A stretch of DNA of 64,000 nucleotides from Candidatus Hydrogenedentota bacterium (lineage in GTDB: Bacteria; Hydrogenedentota; Hydrogenedentia; Hydrogenedentales; SLHB01), in assembly GCA_034408725.1 (NCBI GenBank), contig JAWXCN010000182.1:1-64000 (forward strand), in the 5' to 3' direction. This document shows positions 36,091 to 45,945 of the stretch, piece after piece. Both the position numbers and the translations under genes were made by a program. The stretch's first letter is position 1, and every line of letters starts with the position of its first letter. The notes beneath the pieces were generated by a model. That model worked only from the letters and a program-made list of their open reading frames with translations. It did no database searches and was not told where the DNA came from.

Positions 36091-38904
36091 GTGCAATCCG
36101 TCGAAAAAAAATCCCCTGCGCCCGGCGCGGAGTACAAAGACACGGTTTTGTTGCCCAATACCGCCTTCCCGATGAAGGCAAATTTGACGCAACGGGAACC
36201 GGAAATTCTTGCGCGTTGGGAAGCGATGAATTTGTACGCCCGCATGCGCGAGACGGCGGCGGGCCGCCGCAAGTTTGTACTTCACGATGGACCGCCGTAT
36301 GCGAATGGGGAACTGCATTCGGGGCATGCACTCAACAAGTTATTGAAAGACTTTGTCGTTAAATCCCGTCAGATGTCCGGCATGGACGCGCCGTATGTCC
36401 CCGGATGGGATTGTCACGGGTTGCCAATCGAGCACAAGGTTGCCACGGATCTGGGCAGTAAGGCGAAAGCGATGTCGCAGGTGGAAATCCGCCAGCGTTG
36501 CCGCGCGTTCGCGCTTAAATATGTTGATATCCACCGCAAGGATTTCAAGCGGCTTGGCGTTTCGGGAGAATGGGACAATCCTTATCTCACGCTGGATCGT
36601 GAGTACGTCGCGACCATTATCCGCGTCTTTGCGGAAATCTATGAGAGTGGCGCGGTCTACCGGGGCCTCAAGCCGATATATTGGTGTCCATCGTGCGAGA
36701 CGGCGCTTGCGGAGGCCGAAGTGGAATATGCGGACAAGACCTCGCCCTCAATCTATGTAAAGTTCAAGGCCGAATCTCCCGTTCCGGGAGTGAATGGCGA
36801 CGTCTATTTCGTGATATGGACGACGACGCCTTGGACATTGCCCGCCAATCTCGCGGTGAGCGTTCACGCGGATTATGATTACAGCGCGATCAAAGTGGGG
36901 GAGGAGACGTACATAATGTCGTCATTCCTCGCACCCGCGGCGCTGGAAGCCTGCGGCATTACGGATTATAAAACCGTCGCGAAATTTACGGGCAAGGACC
37001 TCGAAAACCTTACGTACCGTCACGTGATTTTTCCAGAAAAAATATGTCCCGTGCTTCTTGGCGAGCACGTGACGCTCGAGGCCGGCACGGGGTGTGTCCA
37101 CACCGCGCCCGGTCATGGTCACGAAGACTATGTTGTTGGCAACAAATATGGAATCGCGCCGTTTTCCCCTGTCAACAAAAGCGGCGTATTTACCGCGGAA
37201 GCAGGTTCCTATTCGGGACAGCATGTATTTAAGGCCAATCAACAAATTGTCGCCGATTTGAAGTCAGGCGGCGCGTTGCTGGCGCATCATCCGTACCAGC
37301 ACAGCTATCCCCACTGCTGGCGGTGCAGCGGTCCCGTTATTTACCGCGCGACACCGCAATGGTTCATCAACATGGACCACGATGGACTGCGAACGAAGGT
37401 GCTCGCGGGCATCAATCAAGTCCAATGGATTCCCGAGTGGGGCAAAGAGCGCATTTACGGCATGGTCTCCCAACGACCCGACTGGTGCATCAGCCGGCAA
37501 CGGGCGTGGGGCGTTCCGATTCCTGTTTTCTATGGCAAGGAAAGCGGAGAAGTGTACGCGACGCCGGAATCGTTCAAGCGTATTGAAGAGCTTGCGCTTT
37601 CGGCGGGTGACGGCATTGATCGGTGGTTCGATTCGCCGACCGAGGCATTGCTGCCTCCTGGCGCGAAATGCACGGTGTCCGGCGAAACAGAATTCGTTCA
37701 CGAGAAAGACATTCTCGACGTTTGGTTTGATTCGGGGACGAGTCATAGGGCGGTATGCGAGCTGCGACCCGGCCTTGCGTGGCCGGCGGATTTATATCTC
37801 GAAGGCAGTGATCAACACCGGGGCTGGTTTCAATCCTCATTGATTCCCGCTGTCGCGGTGAAGGGCGCGCCGCCATATCGCGCGGTGTTGACGCACGGGT
37901 ATGTGGTCGATGCGGATGGCAGGGCCATGTCGAAGAAGCTGGGCAACTATATTACGCTCCCGGATCTTTTGAAAAAGTACGGCGCGGATATTGTCCGGCT
38001 CTGGGTTGCAAGCGAGAACTACCGGCAAGACGTGCGTATCTCGGATGAAATCCTCACGCGCCAGCAGGACTCGTATCGCAAGTTCCGAAATACGATCCGG
38101 CACATGCTCGGCAACGTATCGGATTTTGGGCCGACCGATGCCGTGGCGTATGCCGATTTATGGGACATCGACCGTTGGGCGTTGCACCGGATGCAACTGT
38201 TGAAGGAGCGGGTTCTGAAAGCGTATGCGGACTACGAGTTCCATATTGTTTATCATTCCCTGCATAATTTTTGCACGATCGAGATCAGCTCGATCTATCT
38301 GGATGTTCTGAAGGACCGGTTGTACACATTTGCAACGGACTCGAAACCGCGTCGCGCGGCACAGACGGTCATCTCCGAACTGCTTACCGATTTGTTGCAA
38401 CTTCTCGCGCCGATTCTGGTTTACACGGCAGACGAAGCGTGGGGGTATCTACCGGATCACCTGCGGACAGCGCAGAGCGTCCATTTGACCGCGTTTCCCG
38501 CGGTGAAAGCGGACTATGTTTTTCCGGCCGAAACGGCCGGTGATTGGGATGCGCTTCTGCGCATCCGCGCGGTCGCCTCGAAGCAACTCGAGGACGCGCG
38601 GCGCGCCGAGATGATTGGCTCTTCGCTACAGGCGTCGCTTCGCATTACGCCTCTGAACGCCGAGGCGGAGCAGGTACTCGCGAAGTATGAGGGCCTGCTA
38701 TATGACCTGATGATCGTGTCTCATGTAGTAATTATGCCGGTGTCCGCCGACGTTAGCGGCGCCGATGAACCGGTGGTGGTGACCGTCGCGCCAGCGCCCG
38801 GGAAAAAATGTACCCGGTGCTGGCACATCCGCGAAACGGTCGGCTCGGTTTCGGGCCATCCACTACTGTGCCATGTCTGCGCAGAACAATTGGGAGTTGG
38901 TTGA
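36091..38904 (+). CDS. ileS: Isoleucine--tRNA ligase (type 1, C-terminal Zn finger)
   Basis: LHDGPPYANG, GWDCHGLPIE, WTTTPWTLP, GTGCVHTAPGHG, DWCISRQR, EGSDQHRGWF, CTRCW..LCHVC; GTG 36091 preferred because ATG 36022 lies upstream of the promoter. Confidence 0.96.
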   Translation: MQSVEKKSPAPGAEYKDTVLLPNTAFPMKANLTQREPEILARWEAMNLYARMRETAAGRRKFVLHDGPPYANGELHSGHALNKLLKDFVVKSRQMSGMDAPYVPGWDCHGLPIEHKVATDLGSKAKAMSQVEIRQRCRAFALKYVDIHRKDFKRLGVSGEWDNPYLTLDREYVATIIRVFAEIYESGAVYRGLKPIYWCPSCETALAEAEVEYADKTSPSIYVKFKAESPVPGVNGDVYFVIWTTTPWTLPANLAVSVHADYDYSAIKVGEETYIMSSFLAPAALEACGITDYKTVAKFTGKDLENLTYRHVIFPEKICPVLLGEHVTLEAGTGCVHTAPGHGHEDYVVGNKYGIAPFSPVNKSGVFTAEAGSYSGQHVFKANQQIVADLKSGGALLAHHPYQHSYPHCWRCSGPVIYRATPQWFINMDHDGLRTKVLAGINQVQWIPEWGKERIYGMVSQRPDWCISRQRAWGVPIPVFYGKESGEVYATPESFKRIEELALSAGDGIDRWFDSPTEALLPPGAKCTVSGETEFVHEKDILDVWFDSGTSHRAVCELRPGLAWPADLYLEGSDQHRGWFQSSLIPAVAVKGAPPYRAVLTHGYVVDADGRAMSKKLGNYITLPDLLKKYGADIVRLWVASENYRQDVRISDEILTRQQDSYRKFRNTIRHMLGNVSDFGPTDAVAYADLWDIDRWALHRMQLLKERVLKAYADYEFHIVYHSLHNFCTIEISSIYLDVLKDRLYTFATDSKPRRAAQTVISELLTDLLQLLAPILVYTADEAWGYLPDHLRTAQSVHLTAFPAVKADYVFPAETAGDWDALLRIRAVASKQLEDARRAEMIGSSLQASLRITPLNAEAEQVLAKYEGLLYDLMIVSHVVIMPVSADVSGADEPVVVTVAPAPGKKCTRCWHIRETVGSVSGHPLLCHVCAEQLGVG

Positions 38905-38907
38905 GCG

Positions 38908-39276
38908 ATGAACAAGAAGGACGCGAAGAAATACGAGAAGCTGCTGCTCGACGAGCGCGATCGCTTGAGCACGGGCATCAAGCGACTCGAGGAAGAAACG
39001 TTGTACCAGCCTTCCACCGATCAAACCGCGGACATCGCGAGTTATGCAGAGGTGGGTACCGATAATTTTGAACGGGAAACCGCGCTGAGCATTGCAAGTG
39101 GCGAGGCGGTGCGCCTTCGAGATGTAGCCGATGCGCTGGAACGGATTAAGGAAGGCGCGTTCGGCGACTGCGAAGGTTGCCAGAAACCAATCAACCCGAA
39201 ACGGCTTGAGGTCTTTCCATCGGCCCGTTACTGCATCGAGTGCCAATCCAAGATCGAAAAGCACGGCTCGCTGTAA
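38908..39276 (+). CDS. TraR/DksA C4-type zinc finger protein
   Basis: Coiled coil, GTDNFERE, ALERI..G.FGDCEGC..PI..KRL..P.ARYCIECQ. Confidence 0.92.
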   Translation: MNKKDAKKYEKLLLDERDRLSTGIKRLEEETLYQPSTDQTADIASYAEVGTDNFERETALSIASGEAVRLRDVADALERIKEGAFGDCEGCQKPINPKRLEVFPSARYCIECQSKIEKHGSL

Positions 39277-39285
39277 GCAAGACTG

Positions 39286-40152
39286 ATGCATCCAGTTTTA
39301 CTGAATCTCGGACCGCTACCACTCCACTCCTATGGGTTGATGCTTGCGCTCGGTTTTTTGATCGGATTGTTTTTCGCCCGCAGGGAGGCCCCAAAATTTG
39401 GGCTTAACCCGGATAACCTTTCCGACGCGGCGTTTTGGTTGCTCTTACTGTGCATCGCGGGAACGCGCCTGCTGTTCATTATCATGTTTCCCGAAGATTT
39501 CTCGTGGCGAAATCCCGTTGGATGGTTCGCAATCTGGCAGGGAGGACTGGTTTTTCAGGGTGCCATTCCGCCCGCAATCGTGTTTCTAATATGGTGGTGC
39601 CGGCGGCATAAGCTGGGTTTCTGGAATGTCGCCGACCTTGCCGTTCCCTGGCTTGCGCTTGGACATAGCATTGGAAGATTAGGCTGTTTCCTCAATGGAT
39701 GTTGTTATGGTGCGCGAACGGAACTATTTTGCGGCATGTCCTTTCCCCGCGTGCCCATGAATACGACCGAGATTGCGACGGGATCGCCAGTTTACATCGA
39801 TCACGTTCGGCATTTCGGGTTGAACCCGACAATCGACCAGTGGTCATTTCATGTCCATCCAACCCAATTATATAGCAGCTTAGGTTTGCTTGGGCTCTGT
39901 TTATTATTAATTACACTAAGAAAGTATTGTCGTCCATTCCACGGTTCGACAGCCGCTTATTATTTCGTTTTTTACGGTATAGGCCGGTTTTTCATTGAAG
40001 AACTCCGTGCGGACCATAATCCGGTCCGTATATTTGGGTTGTCTGATCAGCAGGTCTTGTCCGTCGCGGCAAGTGTTATCGGGTTAGTGCTCTGGATCGT
40101 TTTGTACCAGATGAAAAAGCGGTACATGACTCGTAAGTCGGCTGCGAGCTAG
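39286..40152 (+). CDS. lgt: Prolipoprotein diacylglyceryl transferase
   Basis: MHPVL, SYGLM, WQGGLVFQG, GRLGCFLNGCCYG, HPTQLY, RFFIEELRAD. Confidence 0.94.
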   Translation: MHPVLLNLGPLPLHSYGLMLALGFLIGLFFARREAPKFGLNPDNLSDAAFWLLLLCIAGTRLLFIIMFPEDFSWRNPVGWFAIWQGGLVFQGAIPPAIVFLIWWCRRHKLGFWNVADLAVPWLALGHSIGRLGCFLNGCCYGARTELFCGMSFPRVPMNTTEIATGSPVYIDHVRHFGLNPTIDQWSFHVHPTQLYSSLGLLGLCLLLITLRKYCRPFHGSTAAYYFVFYGIGRFFIEELRADHNPVRIFGLSDQQVLSVAASVIGLVLWIVLYQMKKRYMTRKSAAS

Positions 40153-40208
40153 CGATTCGGTTTTTGCTGCCGGTGGATGCAGTCGTGCATTGACATTGAT
40201 TGCAAATC

Positions 40209-40254
40209 TGTTTCATTTGAAACACTTGATTTTCTGAACGGTCTCTGATACACT
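40209..40254 (+). promoter_or_regulatory. Palindromic operator next to a sigma70 promoter of the XylR-like gene
   Basis: TGTTTCATTTGAAACA (TGT-N10-ACA, perfect 7-bp arms) at 40209-40224; TTGATT-17-TACACT at 40226-40254. Confidence 0.65.
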
Positions 40255-40277
40255 TTCCAACGCTTGGGGGAATCATC

Positions 40278-41951
40278 ATGATCAAGCGTCCTACCCGTCT
40301 CAGTGCACAAGTTTTTCTTGAATTGCCGCCTATTTTAGGCCATTACCTTGAAAACTCCCGGTCTTCCTGGATTGAGAGCAACCCCTCTGCGGGCAAGGTG
40401 ATGTTTATGGGGCGGCCCGGTTTTTTTGAGGACCATGAGTCTGCTGCCGTCCAGCGACGGCAGCTTCTGAGTTCTTTTGGCCGCGATCGCACCCGGGCGG
40501 TCTACTATCGAATTGGTTTTGAACAGGGTCGCCGTGACGCTCTGCGTCACCTGGAGCAATATGATGGGAATGTGCGGCTTGCGCTCCAAGCGGCAATGGT
40601 ATTCTCACAGATGACGGGAAAACTGTTCGCTGACGCAGTCCGTTTTGAGTTTGATCTTGAGTCAAATACACTTTACCGGGAAATGACACTTCCGAACTCA
40701 CCGGAAGCCGGCGTTCACCGTCTTGCGACAACCGACCCCGCAGATTTCGTATGTTGGAATAGCTGCGGTTACATCTCGGGGCATACCAGTGAAATTATCG
40801 GCCGACAGGTGCTGGCACTGGAAAAGACCTGCATTGCGTCTGGAAAGACGCCGTGCCGGATTATCGCCAAGTTTGACCCGGAATGGGGCGAAGAAGCGGC
40901 TTGGGCGAGAAACGCGCTTAAGGGCGAGAACATAGACTCTGAAATGAGTGAGCGGGACGGGCAGCTCGCGCATCACAAGGAAGCGGCCAGCCGATCAATG
41001 GCCGCACTCAACAGTTTGAACCGCCGCCTCAAGACGGACCTGCTCATTGACAGCCTCGTTGCCGAATCCGAAAACATGCAGCCGGTCATTCGCAGGACGC
41101 GCCAGGTAGCGCAGTCGGACGTGCCCGTGCTGATGGTTGGCGAACCGGGCACGGGCCGGGCGACATTGGCGCGCGCGATTCATTTCGCCAGCAGCAGAAA
41201 GTCTGGACCCTTTGAAATCGTCGATTGCCGTTCGTTGGCCGCGTCGCTACTTGTGCAGGAATTGGCGGGATTCGAGGCGGGCGCATTTCTGGGCGCGTCG
41301 CGCGGACACACCGGCGCGCTTGCGCGCGCGCACCGAGGCACGATTTTCTTTGATGACATAGCCCAACTTTCGACTGAAGCGCAGGGATTGGTGCTGCGAG
41401 TATTGGAAGAAAAAACCGTCATGCCTCTTGGCGCGAGCGAACCGGCGAAGGCTGACGCGCGCGTCATTGCCGTGACACAAAGCGATCCGCTGGCGTTGGT
41501 GGCCGCAGGCAAACTGCGCGAAGATTTATATTATGCAATCGCGATCGGCCGGCTGGATGTGCCGCCGTTACGAGACCGGCTCGATTGTATTCTTCCGCTC
41601 GCGCATGGATTCATGGCAGAAGCCCGCGAACGTTATGATCGGCCTGCTGCCCAATTCTCAACGGAGTTCAAACAAGCCCTGCTCGATTGCGCGTGGCCGG
41701 GGAATCTTCGCCAGCTTCGCAATACGATTGAACATTCCGTTGTGTTTGGGCCAAACCGCGAGCTGGGAATTGAAGACTTGCCCGAGGAAATCATTTCGTT
41801 TCGTTCGGTCCGGCCGAGCCAGGAGCTAACACCCGACGTGCTCAGGGCAATGTTGAAGCGCACGCGTGGCAATCGTTCGGAGGCCGCGGAACTGCTTGGC
41901 ATAGGGCGCACGACGCTGTGGCGGCTGATGAAACGTTCCAACATTGATTGA
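40278..41951 (+). CDS. XylR/DmpR-like regulator (XylR_N/V4R + AAA+ sigma54-interaction + Fis HTH) with degenerate catalytic motifs
   Basis: V4R CW..CGYISG...EKTC..G..PC; WPGNLRQL; GNRSEAAELLGIGRTTLWR. Confidence 0.9.
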   Translation: MIKRPTRLSAQVFLELPPILGHYLENSRSSWIESNPSAGKVMFMGRPGFFEDHESAAVQRRQLLSSFGRDRTRAVYYRIGFEQGRRDALRHLEQYDGNVRLALQAAMVFSQMTGKLFADAVRFEFDLESNTLYREMTLPNSPEAGVHRLATTDPADFVCWNSCGYISGHTSEIIGRQVLALEKTCIASGKTPCRIIAKFDPEWGEEAAWARNALKGENIDSEMSERDGQLAHHKEAASRSMAALNSLNRRLKTDLLIDSLVAESENMQPVIRRTRQVAQSDVPVLMVGEPGTGRATLARAIHFASSRKSGPFEIVDCRSLAASLLVQELAGFEAGAFLGASRGHTGALARAHRGTIFFDDIAQLSTEAQGLVLRVLEEKTVMPLGASEPAKADARVIAVTQSDPLALVAAGKLREDLYYAIAIGRLDVPPLRDRLDCILPLAHGFMAEARERYDRPAAQFSTEFKQALLDCAWPGNLRQLRNTIEHSVVFGPNRELGIEDLPEEIISFRSVRPSQELTPDVLRAMLKRTRGNRSEAAELLGIGRTTLWRLMKRSNID

Positions 41952-41991
41952 TGGTTTCGCCGCTAGCGGTGAGTATTGTGAGAGGATTTTC

Positions 41992-43926
41992 GTGTACGCC
42001 AATTGCATCCGCATTGTAAGTTGCCTGTGGCTTGCCGCGTGCGCATACGCAGACATGCGCGTGCTGGTTACGGGAGAGGCCCCGTTCGCAAGTGTGAGCA
42101 TCGTGGACGGGGATGTGCCTGTATTCACGCCAATAAATGGGGCTAGCCTGCACATCATCACCCCTTCCCTGGATGTTCCCCTACCGATCACCGAAATCAA
42201 CACGAGTGACGGCGCTATGAATATCGTGCATGAATTGCTGGACGTTTACACGATAACGCAGACGTTTAGTCAACGTACTCCGAATCTGATTCAACGGACG
42301 GTAACGGTGACCGGCACGAACGACCTCCGATACGTGCTGGATTTCGGATGGCGTGCGGAGCAGGACGGCGCCTTGTACTCATTTACAGGTGAAGAACCGG
42401 AAACTAAAACTTACACTCCGAGTTGCAGCGGGCCGGAATTTGGCGGCGGATCTCATCAGACTTTTCCATTCGTGGGGTATCTCCATGCGGATATGCTGTA
42501 TGGATTGATCGGCGACACTCCCGGTCTTTGGGAGAACCGGTGTTTCATGTCATTCGACACAGCCTCGCGCGCATTGCACCTCGCGAACGGCGACGGCTCG
42601 GCGAAGCGCGTTATCAGCATTCCGCGTGAATTGGACGCGACGACGGTGTACCGGGCCACGTTCGATGGCTGGCAACATCTTGAAGCGGGGGAGACGCAGA
42701 CCTACACGACGTGGCTTTTTTCGTCGCCGGCGAAAACGCTCTACGATGTTCAAATGGGCGCACACACCGGCCTGGCAAATGCAAAGGGCTGGAACAACTC
42801 GGCGCTCGAAGCGATCCTCCGCAATACTTCGTACATGCTTCTACGGCGCAATTTGTTGCGCCCCGAATCCGACTATCAATTCATATCCGGCGTTGGGTAC
42901 GGATGGAAGCAATGGGTCACCGATGGGTTTTACATGAGCCGCGGCCTGGATGATCCCAAATACGACGCGGCTGCGTTCAACGCAGTATTTTACGACAGAA
43001 TTGCGTATGAAGATAATGCACAGTACTACTTGATCTGGGCGGTGCTCGTGAAACGCGCGGGTGGCGACATCGACATGCGCACGGTTGATCGCGCATACCA
43101 TTTCATGCGCGCAAACGAACGCGACGGACTGTTCCAACCGCCGCGATTGAAACCGGACCATAAAGGGTTTCGCACCTACCACGATTTACTCGAATACGAG
43201 GACGGCGACACGCCATCGTCGAATCAGGGGTTTCATTGCGGCGCGCTGTTCGCCGCGCGTGAGTTGGGCTATGCCATAACCGACGACGAAATTGCGCGAG
43301 CCAAGTCTGGCTACGCGCGCATGTTTAATGTTGATGGCGGGTATATGCAGACGAGCCTGATGCAACCGCACCATATTGGCCAGGATTCATTGTATGGCGA
43401 AGTGCTTACGTATGCGGTGTTCGGCGAAAAATTATTGCCTGATGACATCGTGAAGAAACATCTTGAAACAACGATGCGCATTCAATCGCCCTACGGCATG
43501 CGCGTGATTTCCAAGGCCAACGGCGAGCTGCTCGAAGGCCATTCGGGAGTTTATGTTTTCGGCGGATCGTGGTTTCTCAATGACTCCGCGAACTACCTTT
43601 GCGGCTTGATCCATGGAATGGATCCGCAATGGGTGGATGATCAACTCGTTTGGCGATTGGAAAAGGAACTCGCGCACATGCCAGCTTTCCACGAGTCGAT
43701 TAGTACGGTGAACGGCCAGCCGCACGGTCATCATTTGTATTCGTGGAATTCCGGCTATCACTGGCTGCGTAAGGAAGTCCTGAAACGCTTGAACCATACC
43801 GCGCCGGATGCCGTGGAACAACGACTCGACGTGCTATTGGGCGTGACACGCGCAGACGGTTATCTCGTAGTCGACAACGCGGCCACTGGCACGCTACGCA
43901 ACGCGGCGAATGCAACGGCGAATTAG
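41992..43926 (+). CDS. Secreted hypothetical protein, possibly (alpha/alpha)6 glycosidase-like
   Basis: Signal-like N-terminus from GTG 41992; beta-rich first half; TYHD, NQG and GGSWFL motifs in a helical second half. Confidence 0.75.
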   Translation: MYANCIRIVSCLWLAACAYADMRVLVTGEAPFASVSIVDGDVPVFTPINGASLHIITPSLDVPLPITEINTSDGAMNIVHELLDVYTITQTFSQRTPNLIQRTVTVTGTNDLRYVLDFGWRAEQDGALYSFTGEEPETKTYTPSCSGPEFGGGSHQTFPFVGYLHADMLYGLIGDTPGLWENRCFMSFDTASRALHLANGDGSAKRVISIPRELDATTVYRATFDGWQHLEAGETQTYTTWLFSSPAKTLYDVQMGAHTGLANAKGWNNSALEAILRNTSYMLLRRNLLRPESDYQFISGVGYGWKQWVTDGFYMSRGLDDPKYDAAAFNAVFYDRIAYEDNAQYYLIWAVLVKRAGGDIDMRTVDRAYHFMRANERDGLFQPPRLKPDHKGFRTYHDLLEYEDGDTPSSNQGFHCGALFAARELGYAITDDEIARAKSGYARMFNVDGGYMQTSLMQPHHIGQDSLYGEVLTYAVFGEKLLPDDIVKKHLETTMRIQSPYGMRVISKANGELLEGHSGVYVFGGSWFLNDSANYLCGLIHGMDPQWVDDQLVWRLEKELAHMPAFHESISTVNGQPHGHHLYSWNSGYHWLRKEVLKRLNHTAPDAVEQRLDVLLGVTRADGYLVVDNAATGTLRNAANATAN

Positions 43927-44165
43927 CGCGGCACCCACAGAATCGGATGGCCATTGAAATGTTGGCCGGCGGGTGGCGCGTCGCGCTGCACCCAGGCCGG
44001 AAGTTTTCCATTGGCCTTCTGTTTGTCGTAGAACACCGGCCACCACTCAGCCGGCAGACGGATCGTTTCACCCGGACCGAGGCGGGTCGCAGCATCCCAC
44101 GCGGCCCGTTCCACGACATAGCGCACCCGATCGATAGGCATCAATTCAAAAGCAGTTTTACCCAT
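43923..44165 (-). CDS. Small hypothetical protein (80 aa)
   Basis: GGAG RBS before ATG 44165; stop overlaps the convergent gene's stop. Confidence 0.6.
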   Translation of the reverse strand: MGKTAFELMPIDRVRYVVERAAWDAATRLGPGETIRLPAEWWPVFYDKQKANGKLPAWVQRDAPPAGQHFNGHPILWVPR

Positions 44166-44494
44166 GGTGTGTTGGCTCCCATTCCGCACCACAATACCGT
44201 ATTTATTACGTTTTTGGAAGACCCTGATTCATTTTTTTTGGCGTGAACCGGTGTCCAGACTACGCAAAGTGTTGCAACTGCGAGAATGAAATACCGAAAT
44301 AGGGCAGGATGCTTTCAACCCGGAGGGCGGGAAAATCTGAAACTCGCCGTTCCCCTGACGCGGAATCCTGAGGGTAAAATCGTCCTTCAATTATCCGGGT
44401 TCTGTTTTTGCGGGAAAGAGAATTCCCCGCCAATTGCATTTCTTGGTTAAACTTTGTTCGTGGGGGATGATAAAGAAGTCATGGGTGGGTAAGC

Positions 44495-45778
44495 GTGACG
44501 TCCGGCTCATTCTATAAAGCCGTCTGGCGCTGGCATTTTTATGCCGGCCTTTTCTCGATGCCGTTCTTGCTCTTACTTTCGGCAACGGGCGCAATTTATC
44601 TATTCGACACACAAATCGAGGAAATTCTATACAGGGAGTATTTTTTCGTTGCGCCCGCATCCACCCGCGCACTGAGCCTTTCTGCGATACGCGCGGCGTC
44701 GCTGGGCCTAGGGGAGGGAGAAAAGCCCATCACGTATTTCCCTCCCGCCGCGCCGGACCGATCGTCCGCGTTCACGATTCTGAACGAGAGAAACGAGATT
44801 CGAAACGTATACATAAATCCGTACACGGGTACCGTGCTTGGTTCGATTTCAGGCAACGAGCGGCTCATGTTTACGATCAAGCGGCTTCACAACCTCGAGA
44901 TTGCCGGGGTGATCGGAAACAGAATGGTCGAGTGCATTGCGGGATGGGCGATGATTCTATTTATTTCCGGCGTCTACCTCTGGTGGCCAAAATCCATTCG
45001 CGATGCAGTGCGCGTTCGCGGCGGGCCCGGGCAACGAAGTTTCTGGCGCGACTTGCATCGTGTCGCCGGTATCGCGGCGGGCGGCGTGATTTGTTTTCAG
45101 GCCGCGACGGGGTTGCCGTGGTCGGGCGTCTGGGGGGATTTCCTGCGAAGGGGGATCGAGGCTGCGGGCCAGGGGATTCCTCCATTGGTGCGCGATGACC
45201 GGCCCGAGTCGATTCTACCGCGGAGTGAAGCTGCCTCCTCCGACATTGGTTTGGACAGGATAGTCGCCTTTGCCGAAACACTTGGCATGCCGCCGGGCTA
45301 TGGCGTATCCATTCCTTCGACTCCGCAAAGTGTATATACGGCAATGACTCTAACGCCGGACGATCCAGCGGATCAGCGGGTTATTCACTTCGACCGCTAT
45401 TCTGGAGAAGTGATCGCCGATATCGGATTCCGGGAGTATGGCGGCGCGTCGAGGCTCGTTGAATTGGGAATGGCTGTCCACATGGGAAACTATTTTGGAA
45501 CGGCGAACCGGCTTCTCATGCTTGCCGCATGCATCGGCGTTTGGGTGCTTGCGGCGACAGGGATCGTGATGTGGTGGAAACGGCGGCCGAAGAGCGGCGG
45601 TCTCGTCACGCCACCACAGCCTGAGCGGCGAGAAGCGCGTGCGGTGTTTATCGTCACAGTGATCATTTCGCTGTTGTTCCCGCTGACCGCTTTGTCGCTT
45701 GTGATGCTTGTCGTAGTGGACCGATTCGCGCTCGCGGGATGGGGCAGACTTCGAAATGCCCCTCCTCGCGCATCCTAG
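44495..45778 (+). CDS. PepSY-associated TM helix domain protein
   Basis: WRWHFYAGL, VYINPYTG.VLG, RDLH, TGLPWS, DRYSGE, HMG.YFG..N, MWWKRRP. Confidence 0.92.
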   Translation: MTSGSFYKAVWRWHFYAGLFSMPFLLLLSATGAIYLFDTQIEEILYREYFFVAPASTRALSLSAIRAASLGLGEGEKPITYFPPAAPDRSSAFTILNERNEIRNVYINPYTGTVLGSISGNERLMFTIKRLHNLEIAGVIGNRMVECIAGWAMILFISGVYLWWPKSIRDAVRVRGGPGQRSFWRDLHRVAGIAAGGVICFQAATGLPWSGVWGDFLRRGIEAAGQGIPPLVRDDRPESILPRSEAASSDIGLDRIVAFAETLGMPPGYGVSIPSTPQSVYTAMTLTPDDPADQRVIHFDRYSGEVIADIGFREYGGASRLVELGMAVHMGNYFGTANRLLMLAACIGVWVLAATGIVMWWKRRPKSGGLVTPPQPERREARAVFIVTVIISLLFPLTALSLVMLVVVDRFALAGWGRLRNAPPRAS

Positions 45779-45945
45779 CGGAAGACCAATAACCCGAACT
45801 CAAGGCTCTCACCCGATACGCCGCTACACACCGTCAGAATTCCTGCTGAACAGGTTGTATATCGGTTTGTATAATCTTTTTACGATTCCCTGACAACTCT
45901 GCGCCGAGCGAAGGATAGACTGGCAAAATAGGAGGTACAGGAAAA

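Noticed and set aside
44200-44494. Cobalamin, TPP, glycine or c-di-GMP riboswitch upstream of the PepSY gene
   Set aside because: Only isolated words match (e.g. ACGCAAAG, CTCAGG); the conserved cores are not present in order
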